Shown: in pieces, positions 48,967 to 61,200 of the stretch | Position numbering within the stretch: position 1 is the first letter of the stretch | Layout: every line of letters begins with the position of its first letter | Source: Eutreptiella sp. 'Long Island Sound 2002' | Lineage: Eukaryota > Protista > Euglenida | Reading direction: 5' to 3' | Assembly (NCBI GenBank): GCA_964036045.1 | Contig: OZ038378.1 | Span: forward strand, 16,740,001-16,804,000 | DNA: 64,000 nt | The notes under the pieces: model-generated | What the model saw: the letters and a program-made list of their open reading frames with translations, nothing else | Database searches by the model: none | What the model was told of the DNA's origin: nothing | Made by a program: the position numbers and the translations under genes

Positions 48967-51900
48967 CGGTTTTGGTGGTGCAACCCTCCCTGGTGCGTAC
49001 TAAAAAACCCCCCGTTTTTGTACTAAAAAACCCCCCTTTTGTACTAAAAAACCCCCCACCCTAAAATGCACTAAAAAAAACCCCCCAATTATACTAAAAA
49101 ACCCCCCGGGGGGGGTTTTAGTATAATTGGGGGGTTTTGGGTGGGGGTTTTTTGAGTACATTTCGGGGGGGGGGGTTTAGTACATTTTGGGGGTTTTTTA
49201 GTACATTTCGGGGGGTTTTTTAGTACATTTAGGGGGGTTTTTTTTAGTACATTTAGGGGGGTTTTTCAGTACATTTTGGGGGTTTTTTTAGTACATTTCA
49301 GGGGGTCTTTTAGTACATTTCCGGGCGTTTTTTAGTACGTTTTGGGGGGCTTTTTAGTACATTTCGGGGTATTTTCGGGGCAATGTGAGCCCTGACTCTC
49401 AGTCCCGGAAGACAGGTTGTCTATACGTTGAAGACAGGTTGTCTATATGTTGGGGGGTGGGGGTTGGGTGGGGATGTGGGGGATCTAGACAGAAATGACT
49501 CCAAAACTGGGGGCGTGAAAAATCCTGTTTGCCGGGGCAACCCCATCTGAGATCCTTACATGGGGGAGGGGTGCCCTCTTTGGGGGTGTTCCAATACACT
49601 CAGAAGTAATCCCCCCTTCCCCCACAATGGGTGTGTGAGAGTGATCGATGTTGTTTCACATCATCAAGCCATCATGTGAAAGCATATGCATGGACTGCGT
49701 TTGTCGGCAGCCGTCTTTTTTTCAGGGAAGATTCATTCACTAAGGGCCTTTTCTGGGTAGAAGCACTGAAAGTAGGCGCGTGCAGGGCGCCCGTTCTCTC
49801 AGCCAAATGGATGTGGTGCAGAAGTTCGGGTTTCCTGTTCCAATCAAACAGACAAACCAAACCTCCCCCATTTGGGACCTATCTATTGGGTTGTTGCAGT
49901 CCGCACCTCAAGGCACACCAATCACAGTTCTCAAACCCCCACATATCTGCATACAGATGGGTGTGGTAGAGGAGGGGGGGGGGGGGCAAATATTTTTTAG
50001 ATGCGCTAAAAAATAATAGAACTTCTAAAAAAATAATATAAAAAATCTAAAATGTAATACAAAATATCTAAAAAAAAAAGGTCGACAGTGACCAAAATTT
50101 TAGATGGCTCTCTAAAAAAGAAAATCCGTTGCAAATCTAAAAAAAAAAAGATAAAACAACGCTTCAGGAACACACTTTGAGATCTAAAAAAAAATACAAC
50201 CTCTAAAAAAAGTAGTCCGCATCTATAAAAAAAAAATAACAGATAATGCTACCCTCACTGCCCTGCCCTTAAAGGCAACATGCAATAGAAACAACTGATT
50301 CACACTGTTCTTTGCGTCTAGGGACAACATGACGCCCAGCATGACACCACTGCCAACAAGATTGCCTGATGCCAGATGCACTTTCCGAATGTGCTGTTGC
50401 AGCACACTTTAGATTACGTGAGGATGATGGATAATGCAACCCACTTGATGGCGTAGGACCTGTCACTGTGCAACCGATGCACAAGACACCTTCGTTGTGG
50501 ACAAGGGCTGGATTGCCATGCATTTTTGCACATGACCAAAACAAATAGAGAACCAGCATCCCTCCTTGTGTGCACCCCGGTCGGCTTATGTTGACCCGTC
50601 ATGTGAAGATATTTGGAAAGAGCAACACTTGAGCATGAAATTATGGACAAACTGGTGCACCGACTGAGTAGTGCTTGAAATCCACCTCTCAGAGGCAAAA
50701 CCACTCGTCTTTGTGCACCGAATAATAGTTTGAGCAAGAAATCTGGAACTTGGGACTGACTGGGCAGACTGCGAAAGCCGCAGAAAATGCACGTAATATT
50801 TTGTTGGGATGCAGGATTGTAAGGAGTTGATAACTATGGCTGTCAGTGTCGCTAGCGTAGCAAAGCTAGCGGCTCCGCTTGGAGAGTAGATGGATCGGAC
50901 ACAATGCTGAATGTGGGTGGCAGCGTCCCCGCACCAAGGGCCCCTTGTCCGCCGGGGTGACGATTGCATTTAATATGTCTGGGCAACAAAATACAATTGT
51001 ATAGCGCCTCATCTTGCTAATCTGGCGCTCCAGAGAGGGTCTAGAGGGGTGGGCGGGAGGTTGCTGGCAGACCTCACAGGTGTGTGTCCCCTGTGGGTGG
51101 GGAGCAATCAACCCAGAAAAATAGTGGATGTGGTGGGAATGCGCAAAAAGGTAGAAATGGTTAAACCAGGGTGTAAATCCAAGCTGGAGGGGGGGGTTAA
51201 AATCAAACTTGCTTCATCACCTATGCCGTCATGGGGTCCCCCGCAAACACCACGGTCCCCCACAGGTGCCTAGGGAATCGCCCATAACACTTTTTTGACC
51301 ACTTCTAAAATTTGCGGCATTTGCGCTAATAAAAAGTACTGCGCGCAGAAGAAAATTGTCTAAGTAGTTTTTCCTAGCGCAGAACATTTTTTAGCGCAGA
51401 ATTTTTTTAGTGCGGAATATTTTTTAGCTAAGAAAACATATAACCTCTAAGAAGAAAATAATCCGCATCTAAAACAAAAATACAGGACCGAGGGGGGGGT
51501 AGGGAGCACACACAGAGCTGGGCACCCAGAAAAAGAAGCAACACATTCTGAATGACATGGGACCGCTTCATTATATGGTTACAGAGTCGGTGATCATTAT
51601 TCCGTGTCAGATCTGCTACTGGACTTGTGTGGGGCCATCATGTGAAGGGACAAAACAATTGTACAATCGAATGTCAGTGGTGTGGTGCATTTCGGCTTTA
51701 GTACATGCTTACGTGCTATTTTGCATCCATGTTGCCTGCAGGATGTGGCAGTTTTCTTTTTGGGTGTGGGGGTAGTGGAGCGTAGTATTTTGCAATTGGG
51801 TTAGCTTGCCAACGGCAGCAAAATAGTTTCAAAATTCAGCCTCTTCCGAATCTTTGCACAACATTTTTTGGTACCCGGAACCTCTCTGCACGCCATGCCC

Positions 51901-53367
51901 TCCATCGCTAGGTGTCCCAAGTGTGCACATCATTCTTTGGTACCCCAACTGCGGACCTCTCCTGCACAACAATTCAGTTTGGCACAGCAGACAAACCTCG
52001 CAAAAATGAATGCATCACTAGGAGCGTACTTTCCAACAATTCGAGTGCGGATTGGGGTTCATATCAACTCATCAAAAGTATGTTCATCATTGGTTCATTT
52101 ATTTGTCACATTACCTAGTTGTGGTATGGTGTGGTATGGTGTGGTGTGGTGTTGTGTGATGCGGTGTGGCGTTGCGTGGTGGCGTGGTGTGTTTTGTCCC
52201 GTTGTGATGTGTTTCCTCCAATGCTGGTGGACTCACTTTTACAATCCAGTCCCAGTAGAATGCAGTTTACCGGTCGTCATTTCGGATGCAGGTCATCGTC
52301 GCCAAAAAGTTCAAGCGGACCGTTGTGAGTCATTTTATGGTCCCAGACCTATATGTTATCTTCTCTGAGTCGAGCGACGAAGATGCGGTGCATTTGTTGC
52401 ACCAAGCCAACCCCCATTGCCTCATCGTTGCGAACGAACATGGCAAATTCCTTGGGGTGGCCGCTTCGTATGACATTGCACGAGTCCACGTTGAACTGCT
52501 TCAAGCTGCGATCCGGAAAGCATCTGTCTACGGTGTACAACACCACCAAAATCAAATCCAAAATCAAAGTGTTGGTGAGCTGTGTTCTCCCGACTCTTAT
52601 CGCAAGCAGTGAAGCAACAAAGGAACAACGGTGTGTGTTTGTCAGCTCATCCGCAGACAAAGAGTTAGCACCCAGGTGAACAGTTGGCAGAATGTCGGTT
52701 GGATGATTGCAGACTCCAGACTTGTAGCGGTGCTAAGGATCCGAGGGTGTTTGGATCAAAAAGGCACAGACGGACAGGTTTGCGTCTTGTGCATGGCTTC
52801 TTTTCGAAAATTGCCTCCCACTATCCACATGTTCAGCTGCTCATGGGGATAGCATGTTCACCAACCGAGTGGAATGGAAATAATGGGTACTTGCGTTGCG
52901 CAACATGAGAAGAACCGGAGATTACAGCAAAATAGGCTTGCGAAACTCCGAACCGCGCGACCACAGGCCTACTTATTTGAAGAAGCATAACCGGTGGCGC
53001 AGTTGGTGGGTGAGGAATATGAATCACCGGAGTGATATCCAGTAGATGGGGGATCCCACGAGGTAGCGGAATCCATGCCCAAGCGCTGTCGGCAGGCAAA
53101 GAGACACCTTTTAGAGCAGCTGTTCAACGGCAGGCACACAGGTGCATGCGCACGCACGCACACAAACACGGAAGCCGTGACGATGGCGCTTCCGCCGGGT
53201 TTTTTTTAGTACAATAAAAAAGGGGGGTGGTTTCAGTACAAAACGGCGGGGTTTTTTAGTACAAAGCGGCAGGTTTTTTGGAACAAAACGGGGGGGGTTT
53301 TAGTACAAAACGGGGGGTTTTGTAGTACAAAGCGGGGGGGTTTTTCGTATTCACCACCACCAAAGCG
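48967..53367. mobile_element. 4.4-kb element with modular (foldback-like) TIRs and TA flanks
   Basis: Left end TA|CGGTTTTGGTGGTG followed by (GTACTAAAAAACCCCCCGTTTT)n. Right end has the inverted array (about 53205-53345), then CACCACCACCAAAGCG|TA. Confidence 0.6.
51978..52777 (+). CDS. CBS-domain protein, at least three phase-compatible exons (about 51978-52077, 52292-52574, 52713-52777)
   Basis: TVVSHFMVPDLYVIFSESSDEDAVHLLHQANPHCLIVANEHGKFLGVAASYDIAR fits the CBS pattern (V...M....V....A..LL.....L.V.N..GK.LG...DI). Donors AAA|GTATGT, G|GTGAGC and CAG|GTTTGC. Confidence 0.65.
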
Positions 53368-53642
53368 TATAGTTTCAGTGGGAAATGAATTGAAAAAGAT
53401 TTCCGAAACACTAATATTCCTTTCAAAAGATACCTCGCAATTTATTTACAAAGTGGGAGGACATGCGCAAATGCTATTTGGAGGCCCGCGGTGCTGTGAT
53501 ACGGCTCATGGATCTGGTTTACTTTTGGACATTTTGGAGACACTAACATTTTCAGTGTTTCATGAGTTGTTTTTGATCCATTGAAGAGATCTGTGGAAAA
53601 AAACGCCTCACTAGCGCACACTTAGCATCCGGCACGCCAAAA

Positions 53643-53682
53643 TTCTGGAGGGAGTGCGCGTAAAGTGGCACTCCCTCCAGAA
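53643..53682. other. Perfect 15-bp stem, 10-nt loop hairpin
   Basis: TTCTGGAGGGAGTGC-GCGTAAAGTG-GCACTCCCTCCAGAA. Confidence 0.95.
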
Positions 53683-55280
53683 CTTTTGCGCCCCCGTGCG
53701 ATCTCTCAGGCAACTTAGGCTAAGTGTTTGCACTGCGTGCGCACTGCGTGCATAATGCGCACGCAGAGGCTAGGATACTCACCCAAGAATACCTGTCACC
53801 TATTTACTAGCACGGCAAAGCAGCAAAACCCACATCACAACAACAAAACTGCCTTCAGCTTGGTAATCAAGTGTCGTTATGAACAAGCAAATCAGCCTTA
53901 TAAAGTACAACTATGCAAGGGCATGCCAGATGCACACATGTTCAAGTTTTGGCTTTTGGTCTTGTGAGCATTGTGTTAAGTTACTTACGTTCATGCTCAC
54001 AAGTACACAAAGTTAGCGTTTGCGCACGATAAAGACTTGGGTTTTCGACACCCTTAAGTGGCCCAAAACACCCTTGTTAGCCGCTTGTTAGCCCCAAAGG
54101 AAGCGATATGCCCATGTGAAAGGGGTATGAAAGGAAGGCAAAGGGGGGAGATGTAGAGTTCCCAACGTACTTGTGGTCCTTGGTAACCATGAGTTCGGTC
54201 ACTTGACGGAAAAGCTTGCGGGGGAGGAAATTAGGGGGAAATGGTTGACAATTCAAATATGCAACATCCTAAATGCTTGGGAAGCCACAAAAACCCTGGT
54301 ACGGAACCAATAACTTGTGAAAAGGGACCAAAACTAGGGTTCGAGTATTTGCCAACATCCAAAACTTCGCACTGCGTGCATGGCATTCCCTTAATGCATA
54401 GATCCTTTGACTGGATCAAAAATGAATTCCCTAAAATGAATACCAAAAATCCTTGAATTCATAGTGCTTGATAAATTACTGACACACGTCGATTTGCCGA
54501 ATCCATGGCCCCTCCCCACACTGCCGCATTATACCATCCCTCGCATACCCTTTTAAATGTGCCCATCAATCTTCCATCTGGTTACGTCATTGTGGTGCCA
54601 CTGGCAACTTGGGTTGAAAAATCTGGTCGTGTCCCATCTGTGCAACTCCCCCAATCCACGCATAGGTGTGTCTCTCACAATCACTATCTACCGTTTCTTG
54701 GGGGTCTTGGTGTGAGATTTGGGCACCAAATAATGCGACTGATATTTTCGAATCGCCACCCAATGTGGCCACCGACAAATTTTTCCGTTTCATTCGCACA
54801 CCAAGCCCTGGTATGTCAGTTTGGCGGCGATGCGCCAGTTGCCATCGTCTCCGTGTTGAAGGAAGGGGAAGAGCTTGCACTGGACAAAAAAAAAAACACC
54901 CTCCGTGTCAACTTTACAAAACCATCACCTCAGAAAAAACACCTGCTGAATGACTGGGTTCCAAGGTCAAGAACATCAGCCAACTGTCCTCAATTGCACC
55001 AGCTGCACATCTGCACCTCAATGTGTACACAGCACAAATCACTGACCAAATCTTGGTATCGATTCAAACTTGTGCACAGTATGCAAATTAAACTTCCAAT
55101 CTATTTACTGGGTATCATTTTACCACCCTGTCTGGAATTTCTTTCACACTCACTGCGCTTTACATCATAAACCATGGGCAAAAAAAAGAAGAGGTGCACC
55201 TGGCCTCCGGCAACTGGAAATGAACAAAATTTGTGAGTTTGGTGACATCAAACACGAAACGGTTGTGCTGCCGCCTTATC

Positions 55281-58200
55281 TTACTGCTGCTTGAGCTCTG
55301 CTACCGCTTGCTTCAGCTCCTTAGGGGTCAACACCACTGGCTCCAGATCCGGCAACCCAAGTTGCCTCTTCTCCTCAAACGAAAGGGCTTCAATGGCGGC
55401 CATGAGCTCTTCCTCTGTACTCACACCTGCGAACTTTGCTGCCAGCTGCAAGAAATATGTACCAGAAAAATTGACTGGTTTCTTCGTGCAACAGATTTGC
55501 AGACATACGACGATATTCACACATACAGACCTTTGTGCATGCAGAAACACATTACTGCACATGCAATCTCCATGAGTGAGCCAGCTCAACTGCCGTACTG
55601 GCATTTAAGCTACAACCTTGTCAGCCTGAAGGCAACCAGTGGCATTGACTGGGCTCCAGGCAGACTTGGATGTGAGATTTGAGGTGTCTGCATGATATGA
55701 ATCACCAACCAGTGACAATAACAGGAGCTCTGCGTGTACTGAAACATCATTATGATTGTGTGTTCCTAACTTCTTTTGAGAGCCTGTTCAATGGCCAAAC
55801 CAGCGCCAACAATCGCTTTCAGCCTTCCTTTACTAATTTGCCTCTTTACCAAATGGGATGCTGCCTCTCTGCCTCTCCCCTGCTATTTGTATCTACCGCC
55901 CATGGTTTGGTATTGCAAAATAATGCGCCTAGTCAATGCAGGATGTGCCACGTGCTGGAAAGTGCAAATGCTGTGCTTGCATTGAGGAGAAGGACTGCAA
56001 CGTCATAATGGAGTAAAAGGCATGCTACTCACTCCTGGTTACACCTCCACAGGCACAGCAAATCACATTAATGGGGTTGGAGTACAGGGTCAAAGCGGCC
56101 ACAGACTGCCCCTTGTCTGCCTTTTGGAGACCCCAATCTGCAAACTCCTCACCATCGGTTGCCTTTGTGCATTCTGCATAGCAGCGAGTGTTCAAGGGCA
56201 AAGCAGACCTGAGGGCTGATTGCATCAGCCATAGACCCTTCCACAATATCCCATGGCTGTTCCCTTCCGGATTTCAAATATGGATCCTGAGCTGCCTGAG
56301 CTGTGTCCCAATTCTCTTGCAACTGCACAGCATGAGGAAGCACACTCAAGCATGATCACCATAACTCTCAGGACTTTCACCCATGCAAAAAAAAACTGGT
56401 TTGCCCTGTGTCCACTTGGCATGCCAACTGCTGACAGGTGACCACCAACAAATGCTACTGGACCGCCAATCGCCAGAAGTAAATCATCAACCGCTGTGTC
56501 CATCGCCAACCAGGTGTCCAGACCCGACGGAACAAAAAAAGAAGACGTCCCAGCATGTACAGTGGATGCTAGACGCACTGGTCAGCTTGATTGAGGCTTT
56601 CTTCCGTCGGTGGCCTGACACGTGCATCCCCGGCACCACACCCACAGCTGCTTGATCCATCCTTCACGTCCAGGGCCCAGTTAAGGGGCTTTCCCAATCC
56701 GGAATTTCCTGGGGCACTGGGTTGGGGCTGGCTTGGGAGCAGGCCCCAGTTCTTGCACGCCCTGCCAGCGGTAGTGGCCTTGCCTTGCATTCAATTGAGG
56801 GGGTGGGGGGTGGGGGTTGTGATCTGAAATTGTGAAGAGGGCCATGAGATGGGGGCCAATCCGCGGGAGAACAGGGGGGAGAGAGTGCAACCAACTACAA
56901 GCACCACTATCACGTCGGGCCTCTGAGTGCCATGCACACAAGAGTGCAACAATGAAAGAAAAATGACACCGTCGGACCTCCTGTGTGGTGCAGCGTCCAG
57001 GGCGCCTTGCCAGATAACGCTGTGCCCGCCGTTTAACCCTGAAGCCAGGTATCCTTACACCCCAGCCCCATGGCACTCGCATGGAGGTACACCCGGGGGC
57101 TCGAGCACAACGAAAGAAAAGCACGTAACGCCGGATGGGGTACTGGTGCCCTCTCAGTGACCGCCCCCCCTCCAAACGCCACCGTGCGCAAAGAAAGCGT
57201 TTCCTTGAGTCTCGAGAAGCGCACATGGCGGTGTTTGGGTCTGCATTGGAGCCTCTGTGGCTAGGGTCCCTTGGTGCGCCTGCAGTGGCAAGCGGGTGCC
57301 TGGGATGAGTCTGTGATGTCGCCGAACCTCCAAATCGTGACCCGATACCACTGGCCGTGGGGGAGTATCAGAAAGTGGGTGCCTAGGGCTCAACCTCCCC
57401 CTCCCCCCGCAATGCCCCTTGCTCTCCCAGCGTCAGGAAGGAAAGGCGTGTTGTCCACCCGACGCTGCTTCGAAATCAAACCGACACCAAAGGTCTGCCA
57501 ACGGCCATTGCGTTGACGTCTGGGGCCCCCGACCAGCCCCGCATCGCAAGCCGGGGTCTCCTCGATGGCCGCCAGAGGGTGCCGGACCCAGAATGATTAC
57601 CCTCCCCGTGAACCGGTTCCTGGAGCTCTTGGGGGATGGCTTTGCTAACCAAATGCCAGTCTTCCGGAGGATCCGTCCACACCGTTTGTGTGCCGGCCGC
57701 ACCCGTACGGCCTCCTTGGGGACCAGTCAGTTCATGTGTTGGCGTTCAGGAGTCGAGACACCGCTTTGGCGGTCGGCTGGCGTTTGTAGATGGTCAGCCA
57801 CCCGTGGGGGGGTACTCTGGCCATGAGTGCGAGACATTCACGTGATCAGCGGGCACATACGCTGTCGAAGCGACACACGTCCACTGCAGTCTCACATACC
57901 TGCTGATCAATCGCCATGTAACTATCCCCACTTCTATTGGCCCAGGTCTTCTCTGTCCCCGAGTGCATCAGCACAAACTGCAAACGCACAGGGCACGAGG
58001 TGCTTATAAACAAAGAAGGGCCACCCTGGAAGTGGTCTTGGGGTTGGGGAGTGTTCCCGAAAGACTGGTTGGTTGCGGTGCAAGAGGTGTCCAGTGCCAT
58101 GGTCTTTGTGTGACCTCCCTCTGCTTTCAGTGATCGAGGCAATTTGGGGGCACACGGGGGGGGGGATGGGGAGGGGGAGTTCATTTTGGGGGTCAAGTGG

Positions 58201-61200
58201 AACGTTTGTCGTGCTGGTGGCGCAGCCTGCTGCCCCAGTCTGGGCGTCCCGTGCAATTTGAAGGTTAATTTCCACAACAAATGATGTGGGAAGTGTAGTC
58301 AAAGGGATTGCCGGGGCACGAAGTACACATCAGTTGGGGTGAGGGGAGGGGGCGGCGGTGATCAAAACAACACGCGGAAGAGGCCGAAATCGCCTCTTTC
58401 CGCATACCTCTGTTTTTGCCCACAATTGTCCTGATGCTTGTGACCTACGCAGAAAATTCGCCACGCCCGCAGCGCCCCAATGGTCTTGTCCCTTGTTGGC
58501 CTACTGTTATCATTGACACTGACCATCAGATATGCCAAGAAGATGCAGATCAGAGCATGACCCCCCACAAAAAAAGGGGGGAAGCGAACTTACTTGCAGG
58601 CTGCGCCCCAAGAGGGGCCGTGGATGGAAGTGGGAAATGCTTCCAGTACGCTCTGCCCTGGCACACAGCAACGGCTGACACTTGATTTCAAACACCATCA
58701 AAACTGAAAAGCAATGGAGCAAAAGGCAGGTGAACTCCGGCAGGCGGACCCTGCGGGACCTCTGTAAAGATGTGTGCCGCTGCAATGCCATGTCTTCCCT
58801 TCCAGAATGCCTTGTGCACCCGGCGGTGCAACCCTTTACTTCACTGGAGTGCCCCAGTTCCAAGAGGGGCGAGACAGCCGTGTGCTTTGCAGCCACAACA
58901 GCCCCGCTGATGGATCGGTCAGCCGAGCGGTCGACATCGATCCATCTGTTCAGTCAAACGGATACAAACCCCTGTTCTCACCTTCCGCAATCCATCCATC
59001 CGTTCGGTAAAGCAATCCATTGATTGGTCTGTTGACTCACCCGGAGTTGAGCCCCTGTCGTGACCTTCGAAGTGCAGCTTCTGCTTGTGATCACCTGTGG
59101 AGCTCCCAGAGCTTTCGCAAGACCCAACACCGTCTCAAGAAATTCTACGCGATTCCTCCACCCAGCCCTACAGTCCAAAATACGCCCGCGATGTGCAGGC
59201 CTTGTCCCTCTCTACAAGCAGCTTTTCTGAGCTGGCACCGGTTTTCTGAGCTGCTGTCCACTCCTATTCGGCGCAGCGGCGGGTGCCCCAACCCTTCCCC
59301 CGCTGGAGTCAATGCCACTGTGTGTGTGTGTGTGTGTGTGCGCACGCGCGCACAGGCGTATTTTACGCGCACAGATGGGTGCACCTAGACAAAGGGAGAA
59401 CCAGTAGAGCCCAATGTCGCAGATCACCACGGCACATAAAAGCACCGTATCTTAGACAACGCGCATCGCACATACTGGACAGAGGAGGGCCTACGCTCGT
59501 GGAGCTGATGAACGCACGGATGACGAGAGTCCCAAAAATACAGCGGTTTGGCCAATGCAAGCAAACAGCACACTGCCTGCCCCCCATGTACAATCCGCCC
59601 ACTCGCTCTGCATTTCGGACACCAAACCGTTGTCCCTCGTTGCATCTTTACCTTTGGCGAGGAATCAAAGCACCCCAAACGGATCTGGTACATATCCATT
59701 TTGGACATCACAATCGGAAGAAGGCATCGTTGCCAGATGGTTTCCCTCGCTGCACCAACCCACGTCACATGCAAATGCAAAAGGCCAACAATGTTCATGA
59801 CAGCAATAGCTCTGTCCATGAACGCTGGGTTGCTCTTCGCCGTGGTTTGGCCGAGATTTGAGCAATGATGATTCGGAGGAGGAGGAGGAGGAGGGAAACT
59901 CTTCAGGGGGCCAACCCCGGACGGCCTCAGGTGCATGTTCGCAGCACCTACACTGGCGAAGCCAGCAGCACTATGGGACCTCGCCGACGAGGCCCAGGAG
60001 CCGATACCACAGCACAGGTGCAAGCAAACGTTGGGACTCATACATTGTGGACGCCTGCAGATGCTTGGTCAATTGCAGTGAACAAATTGTCAAATTCACA
60101 ACGGACCACGGTTGCCTTCAGTTGCTGGACAAAAATAATCAAAGGTGGCATGTCAGATAGGGAGTGGACATACGAAGAGGCAGAGAATGGAAGGCAGAGC
60201 AGGGATGTACGGCATGGGTGAGGTAGAGCAAATACAGGATGGCAGGGGGTGGAAAGCATGTAGAAGATGGCAGGTCGGAGGTGTAGGGGATGAAGAACCT
60301 GTAGCAGATGACGGGGACGGAGGGCACCTATGTGCCCCCATCCCAGGCGTCTTGTTCATTCCTCCTCACGTTTCCCCGTCCCACGTGCCCCACATACCCT
60401 CCAACCCACACACCGCATCCCCTCCATCACACCAATGCCCTTCATCCCCTACATCCCGAGACATCCTCCCCATACCTTCCTTGAAATCCCTGAAACCCTA
60501 CATCCTGACGCTTCCCGCAGATCCCCTGTCACCAACGAGTGCAGCGAATTGGGAATGCAAGCCATGTAGAGGATGTAGAGGATGTAGAGCATGGAAGACA
60601 TGCAGGGAAGGGATGGAGGGGATGGGGGGCATAGAGAGGATATAGGGCCACAATGAGTGCTGTACGCTGGCACCCTGCAGATTGTGGAGCAGGTGGAGCA
60701 GGTATAAGCAATGCATCGGTGTAAAAACCCAAAATAGGATTTCTGGATGTCGATATGTTCGGGGTATTTCATGTAAATTCCTAGTTGGATCCTTGTCAGG
60801 TCCGCACAACATGTTGCTGCTCTGTGTGATGGTACCTCCGCCCTTGGGGTGGCCGGGGTGAAGCACATATGAGCTTTCATACAATCCCTTTCTGGTTAAT
60901 CAACCCGAACCCATCCCAACTGTTTTGGCCTCGAGTGCTTTCTGGTGGCGTGCTGCCAAAAAGGATAAGGCATGTGTGCACGCACCGGGGGGAAACCATA
61001 TCAAGGAGGGGCACCAGCATGGGTCAGCACGGTCAGGTGTGCATTGCGGGTGCTCTACTCATACTTGGGCTGGCAGCAGATCCATGTCCCTGCGCCCTAC
61101 CGTGGCCGTGGCCATCCGCCGCCTACGTTTGCAGTTGCTGCGCACGTTGTGCCCTGTGCCAATCTCTTGTGCGTGGAGACCTGCCGCCTCATGCCACGCC

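Noticed and set aside
49591-49607. Euglenid spliced-leader-like sequence (ACTTCTGAGTGT on the minus strand)
   Set aside because: Only a short partial match to the leader as I recall it, with no T-rich continuation, GT donor or SL RNA structure.
52040-52070. IRVRIGVH as a second cyclase domain
   Set aside because: The following exon lacks the GxxVNxAARxE motif and instead fits a CBS domain.
53610-53682. Helitron 3' end (hairpin then CTAG on the minus strand)
   Set aside because: CTAG is about 28 nt from the hairpin, longer than typical. CTAG is common here, and no 5' TC end or Rep/helicase was found.
55618-55670. Glutamate decarboxylase-like SMPLVAFRL
   Set aside because: An isolated short match. 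That frame is not phase-compatible with the terminal exon, and no PLP-binding motifs occur in the other exons.
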